Below, in pieces: positions 36,231 to 46,027 of a stretch of 64,000 nucleotides of DNA. Source of the stretch: an uncultured bacterium (GTDB lineage: Bacteria > Patescibacteriota > Minisyncoccia > UBA6257 > 2-01-FULL-56-20); assembly GCA_963719425.1 (NCBI GenBank), contig OY970382.1, positions 321,246 through 385,245 of the forward strand. Reading direction: 5' to 3'. Positions within the stretch are counted from its first letter, which is position 1; each line of letters opens with the position of its first letter. Under the pieces are notes generated by a model that saw nothing but the letters and a program-made list of their open reading frames with translations, was not told where the DNA came from and ran no database searches. The translations under genes were made by a program, and so were the position numbers.

Positions 36231-37766
36231 ATGACTCTTCTCATTAAGAACGTGCGGATTTTGGGCGGAAGCCGGCCGTTTCCTGATTCATCCGATATAT
36301 TTGCAAGCAGTGACAAGATTTCGGCGATCGGCAACTTTCCGAATAAAAAAGCTGACGTAGTCCTGGACGGCCAGGATGCGTATTTGAGCCCCGGATTCAT
36401 TGACGTGAATACTGATTCGGACCATTATCTCACGCTGTTTGAGCATCCCGGGCAGGAGGATTTTTTGAAGCAAGGGGTGACGACCATTTTGGGCGGAATG
36501 TGCGGGTCATCGCTTGCGCCGCTTCTCTATGGCACCCTGGAATCCATGAGCAAGTGGGGCGATCCCAATCGCGTGAACGTCAATTGGCATGCAATGGGGG
36601 AGTTCCTCAAGGTTCTGGACCGGCGCCCCCTGGGCGTGAATTTTGGGACGCTTGTGGGACATGCTACGATCCGCCGCGCGATCCTCGGCGAAGCCCTACG
36701 CGATCTCACCAAAAACGAACTGGATGTTTTTTCACGGACCCTCACAGCAGCGTTAGAGGAGGGCGCCTTTGGGCTTTCCACCGGCCTTGCCTATGTGCAT
36801 GCAAGGAATACCTCGTATGCGGAACTTAAATTCCTGGCAAACGTCGCGAAGAAATTTCACAGCGTGTACGCGACCCACCTGCGGAGCCCGAGCAAGGGCG
36901 TCGCGGCTTCGGTAGAAGAAACCATCAACCTTGCGAAGGAAACCGGTGTGAAAACCCTCATCAACCATTTTGTTCCCATCGTCGGTTCAGAAAAAGAATA
37001 CGAAACCGCACTCGCGGCGATAGAGGCCTTGCCGCACGAAATGGACTTTCATTTTGATATTTATCCTTCCTCAAGCTCGCTCTTGCCCATTTATATCTTC
37101 CTTCCGCTCTGGGCGCAGAATGGCGGCGTGGACGTCATGCTCGCGAATGCGAAGGACGAATGGCTCGCGGCGCGCATACGGAAAGACATGCCGCACATTG
37201 ACGAAGAACATTTTGTGATTGCGCAGGCGCCCGGCAACGACTTTTTAGTGGGAAAATCGCTAAAGGAAGTGAAGCGCATGTATGGATTCACCGACGGACG
37301 GGATGCGCTCATCCGGCTCATGGTGACGATGAACATGCGGGGCGGCGTGCTGTATCGAAATCTCGTAACACGTCTTTCAAAGCGCGCCATCGCCTCCAAG
37401 CGCAGTTTTGTCGCTTCCAATGCTCCGAGTTTCACCGACAGCGCCGCGCGCGGCAAACAATTGAAATCGGAACGCACCACAAGCACGTTTACCAAGTTTT
37501 TAGCCATGGTAGAGCAGGAACACTTGATGCCGCTTGAAGAAGCAATAGCGAAGATTACCGCGGCGCCGGCAAAGAAGTTTGACCTTGCGTTCCGGGGGAC
37601 CATCGCAGAGGGAAATTTTGCGGATCTCACGTGCTTCAAGGGAGACGAGATCAAGTTCACCATAGTGAACGGAAAAGTGGCGATGCAAAACGGCGCATGT
37701 GCGCAGGTATTCGCGGGCAAAGCGCTCCGCCATAATCCTGTGCCGCCCGCGTCCAGTAAATTATGA
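36231..37766 (+). CDS. Amidohydrolase family protein (D-aminoacylase / N-acyl-D-amino-acid deacylase-like)
   Basis: SPGFIDVNTDSDH aligns to the PGFIDxHxH metal-binding region with both His replaced (N, D); rest of fold amidohydrolase-like. Confidence 0.55.
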   Translation: MTLLIKNVRILGGSRPFPDSSDIFASSDKISAIGNFPNKKADVVLDGQDAYLSPGFIDVNTDSDHYLTLFEHPGQEDFLKQGVTTILGGMCGSSLAPLLYGTLESMSKWGDPNRVNVNWHAMGEFLKVLDRRPLGVNFGTLVGHATIRRAILGEALRDLTKNELDVFSRTLTAALEEGAFGLSTGLAYVHARNTSYAELKFLANVAKKFHSVYATHLRSPSKGVAASVEETINLAKETGVKTLINHFVPIVGSEKEYETALAAIEALPHEMDFHFDIYPSSSSLLPIYIFLPLWAQNGGVDVMLANAKDEWLAARIRKDMPHIDEEHFVIAQAPGNDFLVGKSLKEVKRMYGFTDGRDALIRLMVTMNMRGGVLYRNLVTRLSKRAIASKRSFVASNAPSFTDSAARGKQLKSERTTSTFTKFLAMVEQEHLMPLEEAIAKITAAPAKKFDLAFRGTIAEGNFADLTCFKGDEIKFTIVNGKVAMQNGACAQVFAGKALRHNPVPPASSKL

Positions 37767-38872
37767 CGTTTGGGTCCGGCAGGCGCGGTCACAATCCGGA
37801 TTACTTTTTTCTCGCGATCGTTGTCATCCTTGTGGTGTTTGGGCTCGCCATGCTTGCCTCCGCTTCGTCCAATCTCGGGAAAACCCAATTTAACGACACC
37901 TATTACTATCTGAAACATCAGATCCTCTATGGTATTTCGGTCGGGATTGTCGGATTTCTCGTCGGGTATTACGTATATTACGAGCACTGGAAAAAAGTGG
38001 CGTTCATCTTACTGCTCATGAGCTTGGCGGCATTGGTTCTCGTCTTTACGCCGCTCGGCCTTCAGGCAAACAACACGAGCCGTTGGCTCCGGCTTGGTCC
38101 TTTGAGCTTCCAACCGGCGGAGCTCATGAAACTTACGTTCATCATTTACCTTGCGGCCTGGCTTTCCAATCCGAAGCTGAAGCGCGCCACCGACTTTCAG
38201 GCAGGCCTTCTGCCGTTTCTCATCATCTCCGGCATCATTGCGGGACTCCTCATCCTGCAACCGGCGACCAGTACGGTCGCCATCCTCCTTTTTTCGGGAC
38301 TCGCGGTGTACTTTATGAGCGGTGCGCCGCTGCGATACATCCTTCTTATCGCGCTCTGCGCCGTCGTCGCAATCGGGCTTGTGATTTATATCACTCCGTA
38401 TCGCCGCGCGAGGATTCTCGGCTTCCTTGATCAAAGCGCAAATACGCAGGGAACGAATTACCAATTGAATCAATCGCTCATCGCCATTGGCTCGGGGGGG
38501 CTCACGGGGGTGGGCTATGGGCAGTCGGCAACCAAAACAAGCTATCTTCCGACACCGATTGACGATTCCATTTTTGCCGTGGTGGCGGAGGAGCTCGGCT
38601 TCGTGGGCGCGGGCGCGCTTGTGGCGCTTTTCGCGCTCTTTGCCGCTCGTCTCTATTGGCTTGCAAAGAAGACGAGCAATCGCTTCGGCCGCTTACTGCT
38701 TATCGGCTTCGGAACGGCAATCGCGCTCCAGGCATTTGTGAATATGGCGGCGACCTCCGGACTCATTCCGCTCACGGGGGTTCCGTTACCATTCGTAAGC
38801 TACGGCGGCACCGCACTTGCGGTTTTTCTCACTATGAGCGGAATCGCGCTCAGTGTGTCAAAATATACATAA
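37763..38872 (+). CDS. ftsW: SEDS family cell-wall polymerase FtsW/RodA
   Basis: 10-TM profile, conserved PTPIDDSIFAVVAEELGF and GVPLPFVSYGG motifs; next to murG. Confidence 0.85.
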   Translation: MTFGSGRRGHNPDYFFLAIVVILVVFGLAMLASASSNLGKTQFNDTYYYLKHQILYGISVGIVGFLVGYYVYYEHWKKVAFILLLMSLAALVLVFTPLGLQANNTSRWLRLGPLSFQPAELMKLTFIIYLAAWLSNPKLKRATDFQAGLLPFLIISGIIAGLLILQPATSTVAILLFSGLAVYFMSGAPLRYILLIALCAVVAIGLVIYITPYRRARILGFLDQSANTQGTNYQLNQSLIAIGSGGLTGVGYGQSATKTSYLPTPIDDSIFAVVAEELGFVGAGALVALFALFAARLYWLAKKTSNRFGRLLLIGFGTAIALQAFVNMAATSGLIPLTGVPLPFVSYGGTALAVFLTMSGIALSVSKYT

Positions 38873-38876
38873 TGCG

Positions 38877-40010
38877 ATGAATGCTGAAACTTTCCGCGTA
38901 GTGGTGGCGGGCGGGGGAAGCGGGGGACACGTATACCCCACGATCGCGGTGATTGAAGCGCTCAAAAAACGATGCGCCGAGCTCGGAGCGCCGCTTGAGA
39001 TAATCCGCGTGGGTCCGCGGGATGGATACGAACCGCTCTTCGCCGACTGCGGCGTCGCGCTTTCGCCGATTGTAGCCGGCAAGGTCCGACGATATCTATC
39101 ATTAGCGAACTTCGTTGACATTCCTAAATTCTTTATTGGATTTCTGCACGCGCTTTTCAAGCTGTATCTCCTCATGCCCGACGTTATTTTTTCAAAAGGT
39201 GGCACCGGTGCCTTGCCTGTCGTCGTCGCCGGCTGGTTTTATCGCATCCCCATCGCCATCCACGAATCCGACGCGAAGCCGGGTCTTACTAATCTTTTCT
39301 CCGCACGTTTCGCGCGGAGGGTATTTGTGAGCTTCACAAGTGCCACCGAGTATTTCAATCCGCAGAAAACACAAGTGGTCGGGACGCCAATCCGGGAGGA
39401 ACTTCTTGCGGGACGGGTGGCCAAAGAGGTAGCGAAAGAAACGCTCGGCTTTGATCCAAAAAGTCCGCTCACGCTTATTCTTGGTGGCTCACAGGGCTCA
39501 CAACGGATCAATCAATTCATTCTTGAGGGCCTTGTCGCGCTCGTAAAGGAAACCCAGGTGCTCCATCAAACCGGCGTGGCGAATTTGCCGGAGGTTGAGC
39601 AGCTCTCCCGCGCCGCACTCATCGACGAATCGTTCAAAAACCGCTACAAGGCCATGGGATATTTTGGGAAAGACCTTTCACTTGCACTTGCCGCCGCCGA
39701 CCTTGTGGTCGCACGCGCCGGCAGCAACACCATCGCCGAGGTCGCCTCGTTCGGGGTTCCCATGATCCTTATCCCGCTTTCCGATGCGGCCAATGACCAC
39801 CAGAAACTGAACGCTTACGAATTCGCAAAAAACGGCGGCGCGGTCGTAATTGAGGAAGCCAATCTCTTTGAGGGTATCTTTCTCGGGCAACTGAGGGCGA
39901 TTCTGGGCAACGAGGAGTTACGCGCCAAGATGAGTGCCGCCGCAAGCCAGTTTTTTCTCCCCGACGCAGCGGGAAAAATCGCGGAGGAACTGCTGCAATT
40001 GGCGATATAG
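38877..40010 (+). CDS. murG: Undecaprenyl-PP-MurNAc-pentapeptide-UDPGlcNAc GlcNAc transferase
   Basis: G-loop VVAGGGSGGHVYPTIAV, C-terminal GT28 domain; start taken at MNAETFRVV. Confidence 0.85.
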   Translation: MNAETFRVVVAGGGSGGHVYPTIAVIEALKKRCAELGAPLEIIRVGPRDGYEPLFADCGVALSPIVAGKVRRYLSLANFVDIPKFFIGFLHALFKLYLLMPDVIFSKGGTGALPVVVAGWFYRIPIAIHESDAKPGLTNLFSARFARRVFVSFTSATEYFNPQKTQVVGTPIREELLAGRVAKEVAKETLGFDPKSPLTLILGGSQGSQRINQFILEGLVALVKETQVLHQTGVANLPEVEQLSRAALIDESFKNRYKAMGYFGKDLSLALAAADLVVARAGSNTIAEVASFGVPMILIPLSDAANDHQKLNAYEFAKNGGAVVIEEANLFEGIFLGQLRAILGNEELRAKMSAAASQFFLPDAAGKIAEELLQLAI

Positions 40011-40040
40011 ACCGATGCCCGACGACCAGGCGAGAAAACA

Positions 40041-41828
40041 ATGAATGCTGAAACCAAAACCTGCGTAAATTGCAAGAACCAGTTCGTGATAGAACCGGAG
40101 GATTTTGATTTCTACAAGAAAATGGCTGTCCCGCCGCCGACGTTTTGTCCAGATTGTAGGCTGCAACGGCGGTTAGCATACAGGAATGAGCGGGGACTCT
40201 CAAAGAGGAAGTGTAATGCTCCGGGGCACAGCGAGGATATTATTTCGGCATATTCCGATCCGAAACTCGTGGTCTATGACGAAAGATACTGGTGGAGCGA
40301 TGCATGGGACGCCGGTCAGTACGGAAGGGCATACGATTTTACGAAGCCATTCTTTCTACAATTCCGGGAATTAATGGAACAAACCCCACACATCGCACTG
40401 GTAGACAGCAAATCGACCAATACAAGCTACTGCAATTATACCGTAGAGCACAAAAACTGTTATCTCGTGAGTGCAGGATGGAATAATGAAGACTGCTATT
40501 ACGGCAACAGAATTTCATTCTGCAAAGATACGCTGGATTCATATGTGTGCCACCGGACAGAATTCAGCTATGAGAATGTGTATTGCAAGGAATCGTATCA
40601 ACTATTTTGGAGCCGAAACTCGGAAAACTGCAACAACTCCTATTTTCTCTATGATTGCCGCGGCTGTTCCCACTGCGCGTGTTGCGTAGGATTGCGCAAC
40701 AAGCAATATTATATTTTTAACCAACCCTACACGAAAGAGGAATATGTCAAGAAAATCGCGGAGATCAATTTGGGGAACCGCGCGTCACTTTCACGATTAC
40801 AAGAGAAACTTGAATCAATGCGCCTCGCAACCATACATCGGTACGCGCAGGTATACAAATCACAAAACGTAATTGGAGATAATATTGAAGAAGCAAAGAA
40901 TTGCTACTGGTGCTTTGATGTGGCGGGCAACGCGGAAAATTCCAAGTACTGCAATTGGGCAACCTACGGGATGAAAGACTGTTACGATTCAGGGCCTGGA
41001 GCAGGCGGCCAGTCAGAGCTCACGTACGAAGGGGTAAGCATCGGGGTCAACAACGCCCGTTGCGCCTTCGGCGCGGCAATATGGTACTCGCATGATATCC
41101 TCTATAGTTACAACTGCCATTCGTCCCAATATCTCTTCGGCTGCGTTTCGCTTCGGAACAAAAAGTATTGTATTTTAAACAAACAATATTCCAAAGAAGA
41201 ATATGAAGCACTCCTGCCGCGCATACGGAAGCATATGGAAAATATGCCATATGTAGATAAAAATGGAAGGCAATATCGATACGGAGAACTCTTTCCTATT
41301 GAACTTTCGCCCTTCGCGTACAATGAAACTGTAGCGCAAGAATTTTTCCCTCTTACCGAAAAAGAGAGTGCAGAAGAAAATTATCCATGGCGTACAGAAG
41401 GGGCTCGTTCGTACGCACCCACCATGCGTGCGGCTGATCTTCCCGACTCCATACAATCCGTGAGCGACGATATCTCAAAGGAAATTATTGAATGCGAACA
41501 CGCCAACGCGTGCAACGACGGATGCGCCTCGGCGTTCAAAATTATTCCACAGGAGCTTATGTTCTACCGAAAATTCAACCTCCCGCTGCCACGGTTATGC
41601 TTCAATTGCCGCCATGCGAATCGGCTGCGACAAAGGAATCCCACGAAGCTCTGGCATCGCATGTGTGCGTGCGCGGGCAAAGCGTCAGAAAATGGCCGGT
41701 ATGCTAACAGTGCACCGCATGGCCACCATGGTGTGAACCATTGTCAGAACGAATTCGAAACTACCTACACTCCCGACCGCCCTGAAATCGTCTATTGCGA
41801 GCAGTGCTACCAAGCAGAAATCGTTTAG
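40041..41828 (+). CDS. Cysteine-rich Zn-ribbon repeat protein, paralog B2
   Basis: MNAETKTCVNCKNQFVIEPEDFDFYKKMAVPPPTFCPDCR...CNAPGHSEDIIS (B subtype) and C-terminal CQNEFETTYTPDRPEIVYCEQCYQAEIV; full-length homolog of 5442/7214/9014. Confidence 0.8.
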   Translation: MNAETKTCVNCKNQFVIEPEDFDFYKKMAVPPPTFCPDCRLQRRLAYRNERGLSKRKCNAPGHSEDIISAYSDPKLVVYDERYWWSDAWDAGQYGRAYDFTKPFFLQFRELMEQTPHIALVDSKSTNTSYCNYTVEHKNCYLVSAGWNNEDCYYGNRISFCKDTLDSYVCHRTEFSYENVYCKESYQLFWSRNSENCNNSYFLYDCRGCSHCACCVGLRNKQYYIFNQPYTKEEYVKKIAEINLGNRASLSRLQEKLESMRLATIHRYAQVYKSQNVIGDNIEEAKNCYWCFDVAGNAENSKYCNWATYGMKDCYDSGPGAGGQSELTYEGVSIGVNNARCAFGAAIWYSHDILYSYNCHSSQYLFGCVSLRNKKYCILNKQYSKEEYEALLPRIRKHMENMPYVDKNGRQYRYGELFPIELSPFAYNETVAQEFFPLTEKESAEENYPWRTEGARSYAPTMRAADLPDSIQSVSDDISKEIIECEHANACNDGCASAFKIIPQELMFYRKFNLPLPRLCFNCRHANRLRQRNPTKLWHRMCACAGKASENGRYANSAPHGHHGVNHCQNEFETTYTPDRPEIVYCEQCYQAEIV

Positions 41829-42001
41829 GACGACCACGATGCCTTTGAGGAACCTAGCGGAGGCGAGGAATTAGCACTCTCCGAGCGAGCAGAAAATTTG
41901 ACGGGTCCCCCGTGCTTGTCGCGGAGGGTGTCAAATTTTCGTAAGCAAGCGAGGAGAGCGCCCGAGCCGGAGCGGGTTCCGAAAAAGCATCGTGGTCGTC
42001 C
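41828..42001. repeat. 174-bp imperfect palindrome (15-bp perfect terminal IR GGACGACCACGATGC plus inner 11-bp IR GAAAATTTGAC)
   Basis: Arms 41828-41842 and 41987-42001 are exact reverse complements; inner IR 41892-41902 / 41930-41940; arms ~70% complementary over ~85 nt. Confidence 0.7.
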
Positions 42002-42057
42002 TACAGAATTTGAGGTAAGATAGGGGAGACATGGTGGGAACAAAGGAGGAAAAGGAC

Positions 42058-43527
42058 ATGGCGGTCCGCGTGAGGATGGCGCCAAGCCCTACAGGGCCTT
42101 TGCACATTGGGACGGCGCGGACGGCGCTTTTCAATTGGCTCTTCGCCCGCAAGCACGGGGGAGTGTTCGTGATGCGCGTGGAGGACACGGACAAGGAACG
42201 CTCGGAGAAAAAATATGAAGACGAAATTCTGGAAGGCCTTGCGTGGCTTGGTTTGGATTGGGACGAGGGCCCGCTTGCGGACGGCGGTCGCCTGCCGGTA
42301 GCGGACGAAAAGGGGCCGTATGGCCCGTATCGGCAGAGCGCGCGCACGGAAATCTATAAAAAGTATCTGCAGGAGCTTCTGGACAAGGGCGAAGCGTACT
42401 ACTGCTATTGCACCAAAGAAGAACTTGAAGCGCAGCGCGAGGCGATGCTCGCGCAAGGGCTCCCGCCGAAATACAACGGGCGGTGCAGGAATTTAAAGAC
42501 GCCGCCCACAGGAAAAAGCCCGGAGGTGATCCGTTTCAGAATTCCCGAAACGAACGTGACGTTTGATGATCTTATCCGCGGAAAAGTTGCATTTGATACT
42601 TCGCTCTTTGGCGACATCGTGATCGCGAAAGACCTTGAAAATCCACTTTACAACTTCGCGGTCGTGGTGGACGACGAGCTTATGAAAATCAGCCACGTGA
42701 TTCGTGGCGAGGATCATCTTTCAAACACGCCGAAGCAAATTCTCATGCAACGCGCGCTCGGATTCGGCGAACCGCGCTATGCCCACATTCCACTCATCCT
42801 GAACCCCGACCGCAGCAAAATGTCAAAGCGTTTCGCCGACGCGGCGCTTTTGCAATACCGCGAGAAGGGTTACCTGCCGGAAGCACTTTTCAACTTTCTC
42901 ACCCTTCTCGGCTGGCATCCCAAAGACAACCGCGAAGTGCTTTCCAAAAAAGAATTGGTGAAGGAATTTGATCTCGCACGAGTGCAGCAAGCCGGCGCCG
43001 TGTTCAATCAAGAAAAACTGGACTGGCTGAACCGTGAACACCTGAAGAAGATGAGTAGCAAAAAGACCGCGGACGAGATACGCGCATTGCAACTGTTTGC
43101 ATCCGAGAACCTGCCCGAACCCGGGGAAGATGTTCTTATGAAAATTATTGACGTGGAGCGCAGCCGTGCGAACACGCTCCGCGACTTCGTAACCCTTGGA
43201 CGGTTCCTTCTTATCCTGCCGGAGTACGAAAAGGAACTCTTGATCTGGAAAGAAAGTTCTGTAAAAGAGGCCGCTGCCGCGCTCGCGGTGATGGAGGAAG
43301 AGCTCGAAAAGATCAATGCGCAGGAATTCAACCGTGAAACGTTATCGGCGGCCGTCACGCACACCATCACGGCAATAGATGGAAAGAGGGGATCGGTCAT
43401 GTGGCCTCTCCGCGTAGCGGTTTCCGGGCAGAGGGCCTCGCCCGATCCCCTGGAAATCATGGAGGTGTTGGGAAAGAAAGAATCGCTTCGCCGGATCGCC
43501 CTCGCACGCCAGAAACTAGCTTCTTAA
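42058..43527 (+). CDS. gltX: Glutamate--tRNA ligase
   Basis: VRVRMAPSPTGPLHIGTARTALFNW (HIGH) and KMSKR motifs; start chosen at MAVRVR. Confidence 0.9.
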   Translation: MAVRVRMAPSPTGPLHIGTARTALFNWLFARKHGGVFVMRVEDTDKERSEKKYEDEILEGLAWLGLDWDEGPLADGGRLPVADEKGPYGPYRQSARTEIYKKYLQELLDKGEAYYCYCTKEELEAQREAMLAQGLPPKYNGRCRNLKTPPTGKSPEVIRFRIPETNVTFDDLIRGKVAFDTSLFGDIVIAKDLENPLYNFAVVVDDELMKISHVIRGEDHLSNTPKQILMQRALGFGEPRYAHIPLILNPDRSKMSKRFADAALLQYREKGYLPEALFNFLTLLGWHPKDNREVLSKKELVKEFDLARVQQAGAVFNQEKLDWLNREHLKKMSSKKTADEIRALQLFASENLPEPGEDVLMKIIDVERSRANTLRDFVTLGRFLLILPEYEKELLIWKESSVKEAAAALAVMEEELEKINAQEFNRETLSAAVTHTITAIDGKRGSVMWPLRVAVSGQRASPDPLEIMEVLGKKESLRRIALARQKLAS

Positions 43528-43528
43528 C

Positions 43529-44830
43529 ATGAAGACGCTTTTTTATTTTTGCGCCCGCGGCGTCGCAGTGGTCCTCACGGCATGCGCAATCATAATAATC
43601 ATGGTGCATGCCGTGAATGCCGCCGCAGCCGCCACAACCACGCCAGCGACGGCGACCACCCTGCAAGAGCAAATCGAACAAAAGCAGCAGCAATTGAACG
43701 ACGTGAATACTCAGTTAACGTCCACCACCGCGAGCCTGAAGCAGATACAATCGCAACGCGTGACGCTCCAGCAACAACTCAACCTGATCAATGGCAATAT
43801 CAATTCTCTCAATTTGGGCATCCAAGCCGACACGCTGACCTCACAACAACTCACGTTGGAAATTGAGCAGCTCCAAAGCGACACGAAGGACATTCAGGCG
43901 TCCGTGGCGACGAAACAAAGTGCCATCGCGAGCATCTTGCAGGAAGTGGAGCGGAACGATTCCGAAAATGGGAATCTTCTCGCGCTATTTCTGAAGAGCG
44001 GAACGCTTGCGGACGGCGTCCTGGAAGCGAATTCTCTTTTGAATCTCCGCGCGGAACTTGCGACCAACATTGACGCGCTGAAAGAGCTCAATACGGAATA
44101 CACGGTGAAGATTGAGGACGGCACGACGAAATCGGGGCAGGTCACGGCACATCAACAAGATCTTCAAAATAAAAAAGCGATCGTCCAAGACCAACAGACC
44201 CAAAAGCAAACCCTCTTAAAATCAACCAAGAATCAAGAGAGTGTTTTCCAACAACAAGTGACGGCGCTCCAGAAAGAACAAGCGGAGATCGCGGCCGACA
44301 TGGAGGCGATTGCTGCGGTATTGCGGACGAAGATTGATCCCTCCACATTGCCCGCGCTCGCACCCGGCGTGCTCCTCGTGCCGATCCAGGGCGATGATCA
44401 ATCCGATATCACACAAGGATATGGCGCGACCGCATTCGCAAAAAACGGCTATGCGGGGCACTGGCATAACGGCATTGATCTTGCGGCGTCTATCGGAACG
44501 CCGGTTCTTGCGGCGGAAGACGGCACCGTGGCCGCGACCGGCAACCAAGACGTATACTGTCCCAAGGGAGCATACGGAAAATTTGTGGTTATCAACCATA
44601 CCGACAACCTCACGACACTCTATGGCCATCTATCGCGAATCCTTGTCGCAAAAGGCGATACGGTAAAGAGGGGACAGGTGATCGGCTACTCCGGTCAGAC
44701 CGGTTATGCGACCGGCCCGCACCTGCACTTTACGGTCTATGCCCAACCGACGTTCTACATGGGGCAATCGAAGGTTTGCGGACCGATGCCCTACGGCGGC
44801 GATCTAAACCCGATTGGATATTTGTTCTAA
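43529..44830 (+). CDS. M23 family metallopeptidase with N-terminal coiled coil (EnvC-like)
   Basis: Signal/TM N-terminus, Q/L-rich coiled coil, C-terminal HWHNGIDLAA...GHLS...GYATGPHLHF M23 motifs. Confidence 0.8.
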   Translation: MKTLFYFCARGVAVVLTACAIIIIMVHAVNAAAAATTTPATATTLQEQIEQKQQQLNDVNTQLTSTTASLKQIQSQRVTLQQQLNLINGNINSLNLGIQADTLTSQQLTLEIEQLQSDTKDIQASVATKQSAIASILQEVERNDSENGNLLALFLKSGTLADGVLEANSLLNLRAELATNIDALKELNTEYTVKIEDGTTKSGQVTAHQQDLQNKKAIVQDQQTQKQTLLKSTKNQESVFQQQVTALQKEQAEIAADMEAIAAVLRTKIDPSTLPALAPGVLLVPIQGDDQSDITQGYGATAFAKNGYAGHWHNGIDLAASIGTPVLAAEDGTVAATGNQDVYCPKGAYGKFVVINHTDNLTTLYGHLSRILVAKGDTVKRGQVIGYSGQTGYATGPHLHFTVYAQPTFYMGQSKVCGPMPYGGDLNPIGYLF

Positions 44831-44848
44831 ATATGGTATAATCAGAAC

Positions 44849-45289
44849 ATGCTGTGGCGGCGGAGAACGCGTGCCCTTGCGATAATGGTGGCTATCGCCG
44901 TCCTCGTCATCGCCGCGACTTTCTTACAAACCGCACAAACCGTGGGGGCATACGCACTGCCGGGAACCTCGGAGGGTCAAGGAAATTCTGCAACAACAAT
45001 CAGCTTATCGTCCTTAAACTTCGGCAGTTTATTCGCCCCGTTTCAAAGCTTCCTGAACAGCATCGGTTCAGTGGGAAGTGAGGCGACACCACAACTCAAC
45101 CTGTCCGCCCCACAAACGCAATTCCTCACGACGGGCGCGCAAAACGTCTTTCAGCAATTTGACAATTGGCTTTACGGCATCATCGGGTTTCATGTTTCCG
45201 GATTCTTTGCGGCTATCTTAGGTGTTATCCTTTGGGTGCTTGGGATAGCAGAGAGTATCGTCAAGTGGCTCTTGGGGGTGGTTAAGTAG
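44849..45289 (+). CDS. Hypothetical membrane/secreted protein
   Basis: N-terminal and C-terminal hydrophobic segments; no recognisable domain. Confidence 0.4.
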   Translation: MLWRRRTRALAIMVAIAVLVIAATFLQTAQTVGAYALPGTSEGQGNSATTISLSSLNFGSLFAPFQSFLNSIGSVGSEATPQLNLSAPQTQFLTTGAQNVFQQFDNWLYGIIGFHVSGFFAAILGVILWVLGIAESIVKWLLGVVK

Positions 45290-45407
45290 GAGATGTTTCA
45301 ATCAGCTGGTTTAACTGTCGCAAAACAGTCATTTGGTAACGGATAGCATTTGGGCGAAGGTATCCTTCCCTGCCGGGCCGGCGTTACTATAAGATAAAGA
45401 AGCCATA

Positions 45408-46022
45408 ATGGGGAAAGTTATTGTTGGCGCGCTCGCAATATTCTGTACGCTCACGGTCATCGTCACGATAGGAAATTTTCTTACCTCGGGCGGTTTGGTG
45501 CGCGCGTATCAATCGGGCGGCAGTGCAAACCAACTTACCTCCATTGATTTCAGCTTGTTTGACAAAACTGGCATCGGCAGAAGTTATATTACGCAAGGAT
45601 ATGGTCACACGTCGTTTTCATACGAATATCCAAATGGCTGGCACGATGGCATTGATATTGCGGCTGTCTACGGGGCGCCAATCTACTCCCCTGGCGGAGG
45701 AACGGTACTTGCGACCGGCGATCAGGACGATTACTGTCCACGGCGTGGCTTTGGCAAATACATGGCAGTCCGCGACGATGCGAACCACCTCATTCTTTGG
45801 TTTGCCCACCTTGGCACGATCTCTGTCTCGCCCGGTAGCGTGGTCAAAAAAGGTACTTTGATCGGCTCCGTGGGCGCAACCGGCTTTGAAACGGGCACTC
45901 ACCTTCACTTCTCCATTTTTGACGAGAATGGATTTTCTATGACCCCACGCAACGGCTGCGGTCCGGATCCGACCGGCCGCGACCTTGATCCTCTGTCATA
46001 TCTGGGGACCGTCTATAAATAA
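45408..46022 (+). CDS. M23 family metallopeptidase (paralog of 43529 catalytic domain)
   Basis: GWHDGIDIAA, GDQDDYCP, GTHLHFSIF motifs; shares GDQD.YCP..G.GK with the upstream M23 protein. Confidence 0.8.
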   Translation: MGKVIVGALAIFCTLTVIVTIGNFLTSGGLVRAYQSGGSANQLTSIDFSLFDKTGIGRSYITQGYGHTSFSYEYPNGWHDGIDIAAVYGAPIYSPGGGTVLATGDQDDYCPRRGFGKYMAVRDDANHLILWFAHLGTISVSPGSVVKKGTLIGSVGATGFETGTHLHFSIFDENGFSMTPRNGCGPDPTGRDLDPLSYLGTVYK

Positions 46023-46027
46023 TCGGA

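Noticed and set aside
41828-42030. T-box riboswitch upstream of gltX
   Set aside because: No T-box consensus (AAUUAGGGUGGNACCGCG-like) or specifier-loop architecture found; the region is better described as a long palindrome.
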